The notes under the pieces are model-generated. The model was not told the origin of the DNA, did not search any database, and saw only the letters and a list, made by a program, of their open reading frames with translations. The position numbers and the translations under genes were made by a program. A stretch of 64,000 nucleotides of DNA, from assembly GCF_009914755.1 (NCBI RefSeq), contig NC_060929.1. One strand, written 5' to 3'. The stretch is from the human T2T-CHM13v2.0 reference genome, Homo sapiens. Numbering within the stretch: position 1 is the stretch's first letter; each line of letters opens with the position of its first letter. Of this stretch, positions 14,705 to 27,850 are shown in pieces.

Positions 14705-15260
14705 GTTTCAGTTAGGTTTATTAAACTGCAAGGGACAGAGACTTACTCCAGTTAACTCAACAAAAGGGTTTATTGGTAAAGAAATACATGGAGAGACCTT
14801 GAAATGGCAAGACTTAGACACAAAGGCAGCTCTTGCAAGCAGCTCTGCCATCATCCTCATGGACTGTGTCATCTCACAAGATGTATCTACTTCTCCCTGT
14901 GTATCTGATGCATTTTTTCTCTAATATATGACTTTCTCTTTTCCCTCATAATTTCAGCTTGCATGTAACTTTGGCTTACAGTGTCCTTTCCAAACCTGAC
15001 AATCTCATAGCATTCTTAGTACCATCTTTGCCCACTTCTTCGGTGGCTCCATGATTCATTAACAGTTTTCTGATTCTCATGTCCTGAGATAGGAGTCCAG
15101 TTAGTTCTGTTCACGTTTGCAATCCAAAACCTGGATCATAGGCCACTGGTCACCTAGCCAATCTGTAGACTGATCCTCCTTGGATTATGTGCCCATCTGT
15201 TCTCATTAGCTGAGAGCAGAACAGTGGCATTATCTGGTTCACAAAAGGCATAGTGGGTTG
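14705..15260 (-). mobile_element. Old MaLR LTR (MLT1K/N-like)
   Basis: tcagttagg...ctgcaagggacagagacttactccagttaactcaa start; heavily diverged. Confidence 0.4.
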
Positions 15261-15278
15261 TAGGGAGGAAAGAAGGAT

Positions 15279-15648
<370 letters not shown>

Positions 15649-15907
15649 CTACAGGGAGAAAAGTGGCATACAGAAGGGTGCAGTTGGAAACCTTGTCAAC
15701 TGTCCCTGCCAACTGATAATAACTCTTGATAAACATGAAGTTCTTCCTCCATGCACCACTCAGAGGAAAATACTTATTGCCCATGTTAGTGCTTTAGTTT
15801 GGACCTTACTATTGTTTGAATATGATTTGTCCCCACGAAAATTCATGTTGAGGCTTGGTCCCCAGTGTGGCAGTGTTGGGAGGTGGTACCTTTAAAAGGC
15901 AATTAGG

Positions 15908-16231
<324 letters not shown>

Positions 16232-16380
16232 TCATTAAGAGGTCTCAATGCCTTTGTCTCAAGAGTGAGTTCTCACTCTCAAGGGACTGGGTTAGTTACC
16301 AAGAATGCAGGTAGTTACAAAGTGAGGACACCTCTAATGTTTGCCCTTTTTGGCAAGTGCCTGCTTCCCTCCCCCCCCCT

Positions 16381-16673
16381 TTTTTTTTTTGAGACAGAGT
16401 TTGGCTCTTGTTGCCCAGGCTGGAGTACAATGGCACAATCTTGGCTCACAGCAACCTCTGCCTCCAAGGTTCAAGCGATTTTCCTGCCTCAGCCTCCCGA
16501 GAATAGCTGAGATGACAGGCATGTGCTACCACACCCAGCTAATTTTGTATTTTTAGTAGCAATGGGGTTTCTCCATGTTGGTCAGGCTGGTCTCAAACTC
16601 CAGACCTCAGGTGATCTGCCTGCCTTGGCCTCCCAAAGTGCTGGGATTACAGGTGTGAACCACCGTGCCCAGC
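16381..16673 (-). mobile_element. AluSp/Sq-like
   Basis: ctcttgttgcccagg, tttctccatgttggtcagg; TSD cctgcttccc. Confidence 0.93.
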
Positions 16674-16811
16674 CCTGCTTCCCCTTTTGTTTCTCTGCCA
16701 TGTTCTGATGCAGCATGAGGCATTCACCAGAAGCCACCAGATGTAGCTGCCCAATCTTGAACTTCCCAGCCTGCAGAACCATGAGCTAAATAAATCTTTA
16801 AAAACAAATTA

Positions 16812-17171
<360 letters not shown>

Positions 17172-17439
17172 CTAAACTCTATATTTTTGCTAAAAGAAAA
17201 TTAGAAAGAGCGTGAATTCAGTTTCTTCCCCCATTTCTAAAGTTTTAAAATCTTCCTATAATTAGTCAAATACTTGAGTAACAACAAAAAAACCATGTTG
17301 AAATGAAATGTAAGCATGATAATATCCAATATTTGCTAAGTAAAATTTATATTCTATTTTTTTACCTCACATAAAGAAACACATGTGTGTTGGCCTGGCT
17401 AACACAATTATTGTACATAAAAACTACAGTATATACTTT

Positions 17440-17965
17440 ATAATTCCGCTTCTAGGTATATATCCCAAAGAATTGAAAGTAGGGACTCAAACACACCAAT
17501 GTTCATAGCAGCATTATTCATGATAATCAAAAGGTGGAAATAACCCAAATGCCCATCAACAGATGAATGGATAAACAAAATGTGGCATACAAATATATAT
17601 ATATATATGAATGTTTAGCCTTAAAAACAGAAATGTGATTCTGATACATGCTACAATGTCGATGAATCTTGAAAACATGCTAAGTAAAATAAGCCAGGCA
17701 CAGAAGGACAAACATTATATAATTTAATTTATGTGAGGTACCTAAAATGGCAAATTCATTGACACAGGATGTAGAGCAGAGGTTACCAGTGGGTAGGGAA
17801 AGGGGTAATGGGGGAGTTTCTCTTTGGGATGACGAAAAAGTTCTAGAGATGGATGTGGTGAAGTACCTACAACATTGTGAATGTACTTAACACCACTTGA
17901 AATGTGTTTAATATACATTTGAAAATAGTAAAATTGGTAAGTTTTATGTTACGTATATTGCCACA
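17440..17965 (+). mobile_element. L1MB-like 3' fragment
   Basis: aattccgcttctaggtatatatcccaaagaattgaaagtagggactcaaac...ttttatgttacgtatatt. Confidence 0.85.
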
Positions 17966-18118
17966 CACACATACTCACACATCCAGGAAGAAGAACAACC
18001 AAAACTCCGAATTTGCATTAGTGCTTCTTGGTAAAAATGATTTCATTTTTCATGAAATCACTGGAAAGTTGTAGTCTCCACTAGATCTTCTTACAGAGAC
18101 GTTGCTGAAGAAATAAAG

Positions 18119-18390
18119 GGCCAGGCCTGGTGGCTTGCACCAGTAATCTCAGGCATTATTTGGAAGGCTGAGGCAGGAGGATTGCTTGAGCCCAGGAGCT
18201 CAATACAAGCCTGAGCAACATAATGAGACCCCTGTGTCTACAAAAAAGAGAAAAGTTAGCTGGGTATGGTGGTGAGCATCTCTATCCCCACATTGGCTGA
18301 GGTGGGAGGATCACTTGAACCCAGGAGTTTGAGGCTATGAGCTATGATCATGCCACTGTACCCCCACCTGGGTGACACCTGAAAAGCAAA
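18119..18390 (+). mobile_element. AluJ-like whose tail became a (GGAA/GAAA)n tract
   Basis: ggaggattgcttgagcccaggag, gagctatgatcatgccactg. Confidence 0.85.
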
Positions 18391-18744
18391 GAAAGAAGGA
18401 AGGAAAGAAGGAAGGAAGGAAGGAAGGAAGGAAGGAAGGAAGGAAGGAAGGAAAGAAAGAAAAAGAGAAAGAGAGAAAAAGAAAAGAGAAAAAAGAAATA
18501 AGAGACTAAGAGACTTGCTGTTCTATCACCCATTTACTCACTGCATGGTGAACATGAGATGAAGAAAGAAAGAAAGAAGGAAAGAAAAAGAAAGAAGGAA
18601 GGAAAGAAAGAAGGAAGGAAAGGAGGGAGGGAAAGAGAAAGAAAGAAAGGAAGGAAGGAAGAAAGAAAGAAAAAGAAAAGAAGAAATAAGAGACTAAGAG
18701 ACTTGCTGTTTTATCACCCATTTACTCACTGCATGGTGAACATG
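18391..18744. repeat. Two-copy tandem unit: purine microsatellite plus 64-bp unique segment (period 188)
   Basis: aagaaataagagactaag...ggtgaacatg at 18493-18556 and 18681-18744, one mismatch; each copy preceded by a (GGAA/GAAA)n tract. Confidence 0.95.
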
Positions 18745-19951
18745 GGGTGAAGTTGCACAGAGGCCTTTTTTATTTTTACACACATAACACGCTTCAGTCT
18801 AGTCAAAAGATCGGGCTCTGTAGGGTATCTTGGTAATTACGCAATTGTTAAAACACTTGAGCTGTTGTGTATAGTAACATGCTTCCTCTGGAAAAAAACT
18901 ATGTTGCTTGTTCCATCTTCTGTTTATGTTTTCAAATATAATAATGCTTGGTTGGCTTATGTGAAATAGTATGAGTTATTAAAACAAGGAGCCATGAGTG
19001 TCAGGCAAAAGCAGGATTTCCTGCCCCCTAGCATGAGCTGCCATTCTCTGCCATTGCTTTTCTTTGAAAGATGACGTTTTCTTGTAATAAAAATGAAATG
19101 TAACTCTCTCAGACTTACTTTTAAAGATATGGCTTCTGGCTTATAACTAAAGAGGCTGTTTATGGCCAAGAAATAGTAGCAGCTTAGAAATGTTAAAGGC
19201 GAGCGGGGGTAGATGTTGAGCCTTTTCCATACAAAGTCTTGTTGACCACTCCCACCACGAGTGTTGACACACGGGCACCGTCATCGTTGAGTGTGCAGAA
19301 GTGTACCTTCTTTGAGAACTAGCAAGAATCTAATGCTTCTGGCTGCAGCAGAGCTTAAATATTTTAAATTTGCTTTTAATTTTTATGGTTGTTATGTTTA
19401 TTAGCGTTTCCCTCCAATTTTCGTTATGTTGTTTGAATTCTTGTTTGGGTGTGGAAATCTTTAGAGTGAAATGAAGTTTTAGTAATCCAACACCTTTTTA
19501 TCTTTCTCTTTCTTTCTCTCCAGCTTGCTCCTCATGCTTCCCTTTTCTTTCCATCACACCCAAAGCTGGTAACACTTTCCTGCTGAGAAATTTTTAAAGT
19601 CATCACACAGCTCTAACAAATGAGGGCTGTCATAGTTTTGGGATGAGAAAATCTACAGCAGCTCACACAGATCTAGGAGTTGATAGTGGTTAATTGACAG
19701 CCGGAAGGACTCGGGCTTCTGGCAGAGCTGGAGGGAGGGTGAGCCCTGTGGGTTTCATTTGGGCAGAGATAAAACAGGTTTTTATTCGATACTCATGAAG
19801 AGAGCATAATTAACCTTTTAGAAGTTTAAGGATGATCAAATTGTTATACATTTTGCAAATGAAAAGAGGGAGCTTCCCTTCCTGCCAGCGAAATGCCAGT
19901 GCAGATTTCAAGGTCACTGGGTGATCTCTTTGAGGGAAAAGAAAGCAGTAA

Positions 19952-19985
19952 ACACACACACACACACACGCACACACACACACAC
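19952..19985. repeat. (CA)n microsatellite with one CG interruption
   Basis: Read directly from sequence. Confidence 0.95.
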
Positions 19986-20524
19986 CCAAACCCACAGATT
20001 GAGAAATGTCACCATGAAAACATTCAGGAATGAAAAGGAACAAATGTTCTTTTCTGTCATGCTCCACAATAAAAATCGAAGCGAATGTTTGCCGCACATT
20101 CACATGGGCCTGTTGGATTATAATGGCACTACCCTTGTCAGAGAAAACAGAATATATGACTCCAGCTGGTACCTCCTAGGCTTTGGTGTGTTCCAGTGCT
20201 TTTTAGAGGGTAGGGGGAAGGGCTTTTTGAGAGCCAAGCATGTTTTAAAGATGGCGTGCATAACATTGCTACCACGTGAGAATTCTGTGGTGTGAATAAT
20301 CAACCCCAGTGCTTCAAAAAATTTTTAAAAAGATTTAGCCAAGTCTGTGCATGAAAGGAAGTGGTTTTCACTAGGCATCATGCTTTTAAGATGACCATAC
20401 TTGTTATGTGAATAACTTTATTTTGCAGCTATTTGCTTTGCCACATCACAAACAACACTTCATGCACTATTACTTAGGGAAAAAAAATACTCTGTGGCTA
20501 TTATTTTTTCCAAAACAAACCTCA

Positions 20525-21560
20525 AACATTTTGTGATAATTTCAAACAGAGAAAATTGCAATAATAGTACAAAGAACTACTGTATACTCTTCACCTGGAT
20601 TCGCAGTTTTTAACCTTTTGCCTCATTTACTTTCATCTCTTTAACTATCCATCCATCTGTGAATCCATCCATCTATCCCATCGTGCTGTGTGATGAACGT
20701 GCTGCATCGTGAACATGGGGTAAATGCACCTATGTCTATATTTATCTCTACCATCTACATAAAATGATTATGTGATTCTATTTTTCTGAATCATTTGAGG
20801 GTAAGCTGTAGGCACAGTTCTTCTTTACCCCTAAATAGTTCAGTGTGTATTTCCTAAAAACATGAATATTTGCTCACATAACAATGTTATAATTATCAAA
20901 ATGTGAAATATTAATACAATCCCTTATCAAATCTACAGATCTTTATTCTAATTTTGCCAGAGGCTTCAAAAATATCTTTTCCTTGGTTGGGGGATATGTG
21001 GCAGGGTTTAGCTGTGATGCCTAGGCTGGAGTGCAGTGTTCTACTCATAGCTCATTGCAGCCTTGAACTCCTGGGATCAAGCTATCCTCCCTCCTTAGCC
21101 TCCCCCATGAGTATCTGGGACTACAGGCACGAGCTACTACTCCAATAATATTCTTTATAGCATTTTTCTCCCTGGTTCAGAGCCCAATCTGGGATCTTGT
21201 GTTAGGTTTAGTTTTTATGACTCTTTAATCTCCTTTAATCTGGAATGTTTTCTTACCTTTTTTTGTCTTTCATGATATTGTTTTGAAGAATACAGGCCAT
21301 TTATTTTGTAGAATGTCCCTCAGTTTGGGTTTATCCCATGTTTCCCTATAATTAGATTCAGGATGCACTTTTCTCTCCCCTCAGGAATGAAAGGTAAGTG
21401 GTATTGTGTTTTGTCACACTGTCACACAAGCAGACACATGGTGCCTGTTCATCCCACTGGTAGTATTGCTAAGTTGGGTAAAAGGGTGTCCACCAGAGTT
21501 CTCCTGTTAAGCTACTATTTTCTCCTGTATAATTAATAAGTAAACTGTGGGAAGAGTCTC
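20525..21560 (-). mobile_element. Old L1 (L1MC/ME-like) 3' fragment containing a partial Alu/FLAM at about 20995-21145
   Basis: ataatttcaaacagagaaaattgcaataatagtacaaagaac; ttctttacccctaaatagttcagtgtgtatttcctaa; gtagaatgtccctcagtttggg. Confidence 0.75.
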
Positions 21561-23042
21561 ATTTTTTTTATTGGCTTTGGTCTAAAATAAGCACAGCCAA
21601 ATAACAAGCAGCTGGAAACAGTTCTTACATATTTTAAGAGGAGGCCAGATAAGATTTCTTCAATAGTTTAGGAAAACATCCTGACTAAACATATTTGGAT
21701 TTTCCTTTTTTCCTCGCCCTGTGGTGTATAGCCCTGTGCAGAATCAAGCAGAGCCCTTTCTTTTCACCTCCTTATCCAAAACCCAGGGTTTATTATTCGT
21801 TGACAAAATCATCAAGGAACTACATAGACACACACCATTTTTGGGAGGGAAGGTATCAGGTATGTAAAGGAAATATTAAAGGGGAATAGGAATGAAATAG
21901 GAATGAGGAGAACACAGAAATGCCAAGAGTACACAAATAATAGTTGACAAAGTCTTTTTAAACAAGTTAGGTGTGCCCCACTTCTAGTTTGCCTTTTCAA
22001 CCTAGACAGGTCCTAAGTCATTCATTTCTCTCCTGCCTCCTTTTGTTGTGTTCTATTTTAGTGGGAACAGTGGTATCTCCCTGCAGGAAACATGCTTACT
22101 ATATTGACACAAAGTTTATGATTGGTTTCCTCAAATTGTCTTGGTCATATTCATTGTTAAGAACATTTTTAAAAGTAAATATTATTATGGAGAAGTTGGA
22201 AGATGAAAAAAATGAAGTGAAGCCAGTTTGTATATACTCACTAAAGGAGGATGTGCCTGGATATATAGTTTATACTATCTGTAATATCAAACCCAGTGTT
22301 TGAGAGAAACACCATTCTTCCTGGCACAGAGATCTGAGAGAAGTTTCTCCAGCACAAAGAAGACCCTTTGTAATGAAGTAAATAATGTCCTTGACAACAT
22401 TCTTACAGGAAAGCAACAAATGAGTTACAGGGCTGTTTCTTATGAAGTCTCTTGATGTGGCTGACTGCCTAATGCCAAAGCAGAGAGGAATGAAAGAAAT
22501 CCGTCAGTGAGTGACAATGCCCTCTGATAGTCTGGTTTATTCCAAGGTTAACTTGTAGAGTATCTAAAGCGGTATTTCCAAATGTGCTTTTAATCTCCTT
22601 CAGCCATGTCCTCAGTTCTGTCAGATAGGGATGATAAAGCTTCCTCCTTGATTGCAGTGAAGGTTGAATGAGGTAAACTGATGGGAACCAGGCAACACAG
22701 AGCCAGTAGCATTGTAGGAAGAAATTAACAAATGGAAGTTATTATATTATTATTTTTGTTTTTCAGGAAGAAAAATAGGAATGAATGATTAATTAAAGCC
22801 CCAAATAGAACATGCTCACAATAATTTAGTTGGGAACATTTTTAAGCAGTTTTACCAGTCCATGACCCATGCCATTAAAAATGATCTTTGTAAATCATCC
22901 AGTGTGGTGCTGTCTCTTTAGTAAACCGGGAAAAGCAGAATATAAAGTATGCCCTTAGGTGACTTAGTGAGTGTGCTATTTAGGGTTGTTAGCTATAACC
23001 CAGTTAATCCTTGGCTTTGGTGCTGGAAAAACACACTATTTC

Positions 23043-23220
23043 CGTGGTTCTCAAAGTGTGGAAAAGGCAGCATCAGAACCATCTGGAAACTTTTTAGAAA
23101 TGCACATTCTCAGCCCTGTTCTAGATCTACTGACTCAGAAACTGGGACAGGACTCAGCAATCTGTGTTTTAACAAACCCTCCAGGTGATTCTGATGCTTG
23201 CTAAAGTTTGAGAACCTCAG
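23043..23220 (+). mobile_element. MER5A (hAT-Charlie)
   Basis: gtggttctcaaagtgtgg...ttagaaatgcacattctc...ccctccaggtgattctgatgc...aagtttgagaacc. Confidence 0.9.
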
Positions 23221-24966
23221 CTCCTCTGTCATAATTAAATAACAGGGTTAATCACTTACTAAGGCCTCTCCCAGGATATAAAAAAAATCCCAATTTCATA
23301 TAGAAGGATGCATCTTTTTTCCTTCCCTGTGGTGAAGAGGGAGGCATTGTCCAGTGTACTGGGTCAAAGTGATATAATATTCTTAAGATGTAAGTTAAAA
23401 TGAAAGAAGAACAGATTACATACATCCCCAATTTATCCCAATAGAAAATATTGGATTTGGCCAATACTGTATCTCTTGACTCTGCCTCTAATAGGAGCTT
23501 AGCCTAAAACTGGTTTCTATTCATAGAGTTAAAGGCTGAGGGAGAATGAATAAATGATTCTGTGAAAATAGCCTTAGTATGTATTAACCAGCTGTACCCA
23601 ACTGACTTTCTCTTGTTAGCTGCACAAGGCAAAGGATGCTGAGATCTAGAGCATGTGCTTACAGGAGCAGAGGTAAGTTAGGTACAAGTTACTTGTACTT
23701 CCTGGCGTTTGAACAATAACTGGGCTCCTTTCTCTTTCAACCAGCAAAACATATTGTAACACTACTGCATTGAATGAGTGTGATGGATTAGAGGGAAATT
23801 CTTGAATGCCATCTCATTTACATTTTTATTAATTGATTCCCCTGCAACCTTTGGTACTTATGAAAAGTAACAAATTTCTAATAGCAGCCACATACCCAAC
23901 ACCAAATACACTGGTCCATTAAACAGGACTTAGGTGAAATGGGGTTTGAGCAGTAATGTTCGGACCCTATTCTAGGTGTATCAGGTTTATTTATTTTCTT
24001 GTTTGTAGGATGCTCACTCTTGGCCTATGTACGCAGGCTGCCAAGTACCAGAGATGATGCAGAATTCAGATTCCCAAGGAGGGGTAATGGACGGAAATGA
24101 ACCCTTTCCTGCTTACACAGTAAATATTCACAAAGAAGTAAAAGCTAACCTGAGAAAAAAAAAAAAAAAAAAAAAAAAACAGGAGAAAGGAGAAGGGGGG
24201 AAAGGCATTTTTTATTTTCATAGTGGGAAGAAATGTACTCTGGGAAGAAATGCATTGGCTCTGCCTCTATACAAAGAGCCCAGATACTGCCTCAGCCAGA
24301 CTGGCTGGAGTCCAGAATGGAAATTCAGATGGTAATGACTATGTGTAGCTGGGTGGCTCATCAGATGAATACTTTAAAGGCAGATCTTTAATCATAAGCT
24401 CATGCAGTGTGGGAAGAAGTAGGGACTCTGTAAATATAATTGCTTCTCAGTTTAGGCGAAATGTTCAATATTAAATTTTAGAAAAAACAGATCACCTTTA
24501 ATTCTAAATTTGGCTCATTTGGTTAAATGTCATATCCATTTCAAAAAGGAAGAATGAATGAGCTGATATCTTCAAACTTGCAGCAGGCTTTTAGGTTTTC
24601 CATTTTAAAAAACTTATTTAGTTTTTACAATATGAAAATTATAGACAGAGTGACATTTAAACCTTTGCTTTTCATAGCATTTCACACTTACACCATTTTA
24701 AAAGACAGCTATTAACATTTACAAAAATCTTTCAGAAACCAAATGTTCTAACATGCAGAATTCCAATTATACTGTGTAAGAGGGTTATCAACCATTCTTC
24801 TACAAGAATACTTTGAAGTGTCAGGTATTAAACCAAGAGCTAAAATGTCAGTTGCACATAGACAATAAATTACGGTTTATAAAATCTTGTAAGATTTATT
24901 TAATATTACAATTTTGACCTTTAGGTTGTCTTTACCATAGCTGGTTTAAGTTCCTCCTTCTCTTTC

Positions 24967-25003
24967 TGTGTGTGTGTGTGTGTGTGTGTGCGCGCGCACA
25001 CAC
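24967..25003. repeat. (TG)12(CG)3(CA)3C alternating purine-pyrimidine tract
   Basis: Read directly from sequence. Confidence 0.95.
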
Positions 25004-25769
25004 CTTTTTTCCCCTCTAATCTTACTTGAATGTTAAACAAATGCTGTGTTGCAAGTTATATGAAGTTATGTGACCCATTCATGCCCCGGCTAAATACTTC
25101 CCAAGGCTCCTAGCTTCTCCTGTTTGGGTAATGGGATCCTGTGAGGCATTGCCTGTTTCCTTACAGAGCACACAAATGGAGTCCTCAGCAAAATGTTAAC
25201 CCTTGTCAGCCTGTCCCTGAAGCAGGAAATCTGTTTACCTCTTTTTTGGACTTACTCTTGAAGACAAGCCTGAAGTTGTAAGGACCTATCTCATGCTTCT
25301 CAACTATTTAGCAAAGGAAATAAAAGAAGATGCTATCCACTTTTTTTTATGTTCGCAATTTGGGATGAGATTTGCTAAAATGAACAGAAACCATTATCAA
25401 AAGACATTTTGATCATTCCCACTAAGCTGACAAAGAATCAGAAAATTTCCCCTGAAGAATGGGCTCCAGATCAGGTACCATCCTTCTCATATCACATGGG
25501 AGGTCCTCCTAACAACTTGTTTTCATTATTGGGCACTTTTCCCAGAAACGTGGGAAAGGTGGAGGGGAGAGAGGAAATATTGTATTACAGAAGCGAATGG
25601 CCAGTCATCTTGGTCCTCCCCAGCTGTTGGCAATGTTGAGGCTGCCCCTTCTCTTCCCCATGTTGGGAAGCAGCCAGAGCCATTGTAGTTTGCAGGAATT
25701 CTTTTTTCAATCAATAAATACACATCTCCATATTATCAGTAAATACTTATATAGCATTTCTGTGGACCA

Positions 25770-25935
25770 GACTTTATGCTAAGTGCTTTACATATTCACT
25801 CCCCATGAGGATTCTGAGATTTACTGGTAAGTAACCAAGACATAGGGAGATTTAAATAATTTTCTCAGCATCAAACAGCTAGGAGATGTTAGAGCCATAC
25901 TTCGCACCCATTCCATCTGGCTCCAGAGTCCTTAC
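25770..25935 (-). mobile_element. MIR relic
   Basis: tgctaagtgctttacat...tggctccagagtcc. Confidence 0.6.
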
Positions 25936-26057
25936 TTTATGAATGGCATGGTTCCTTCTGAGAAGCACCTTATTCAGGTGGTTTATGAAAACCATGCAAG
26001 CCTATTAATACTCTTTGCAAACCATTTTTTTTAACCAACAATCTGAGAAGTTACAAA

Positions 26058-26075
26058 TGACCTGAAATAAGGTCA
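26058..26075. promoter_or_regulatory. Perfect everted nuclear-receptor element TGACCT-N6-AGGTCA (ER6)
   Basis: tgacct gaaata aggtca in non-repeat sequence; function not shown. Confidence 0.35.
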
Positions 26076-27100
26076 TATACTTGAGGCTTTCATTTTGTCA
26101 CCTGCTTTTAAAAGCAACTTTGTGCTGAAGCCAAGAGCAACAAGCAAAAGCTAATAGTGAGGAATTGCTTGAGTAAGTGGTTCTCTGCAGCCAATTGCCA
26201 AGTCAGAAGCCTGTGAATACTTGTAGCTGATGCTTTAATGACACTCCTCATTTGTGGCAGATATGGCTTTTTTCTATATTTTTGTTAAACAACATATTGT
26301 GACATATTGTGTTAGCACATTTCTGAATGTTAGCTTCTGAGATATATCTGTGTAAAAAATAGATCAGTATTCATGATCCCATAGAAGAATATCTTGCACT
26401 GCTAGACCACCTTTTATGGTTGTGGTACAAATCAAATTCTATTTCAATGAAATAGCTGTAAGACTCAAAGATTTCTTACTTTCAGCTGATGGTCCACTTA
26501 TTTTAAGCTATATTCCATATAACAAAATTCTAATATAACCAGAGAATTGGGTCACTTCCTTGGAGTCCACTGAAAAGGATTTAGCATGCAGTCATAAGAC
26601 AGGCGCTATAAACATAATCACCCATCCATTCATTCATATTGATTGAGATCCACTTAGGGCTCTATCGGATATGCAGGGATTTTAATCCCTCATGCACTTC
26701 TATGTATTTAGGACACTGAGTGACAAATACTTTACATATAAATGAGTCAGCTTTGTGAAAGTCTTCCAGTCTGTGGTACTTTGTTACGGCAGTTGGAAGG
26801 GATCAGAATATCACCCCAAAATATGTCACTTTGGCATAAGGATTATTTTGAACTGAAGGCAATTAAGAAACAGCAAACATAGGAGACACTCTAGGCCATT
26901 CCCTTTTCTGCTTAAAAGGGCATAAATTTCCCCTTTGTAAAGGAAATCTTTGTAAAGGAAACCCACACTTGCAAAGTATAGGTGACCTCCTTTTTCCATA
27001 AGAGGAAGAGAAGAAAGACTCAGGAGACAATTCTTATCACTTGAGATGACTGAGTCTACATAACAGACTTTAGTAAATAATGCTTATTTACCATACATTT

Positions 27101-27850
<750 letters not shown>

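Noticed and set aside
18493-18744. Repeat-spacer-repeat as CRISPR-like or as an LTR pair
   Set aside because: Only two copies, the spacer is a microsatellite, and there are no TG..CA termini or TSD.
20690-20790. GTGATGA ... CTGA as a C/D box snoRNA
   Set aside because: No terminal stem or recognisable guide, and the sequence is embedded in an L1 relic.
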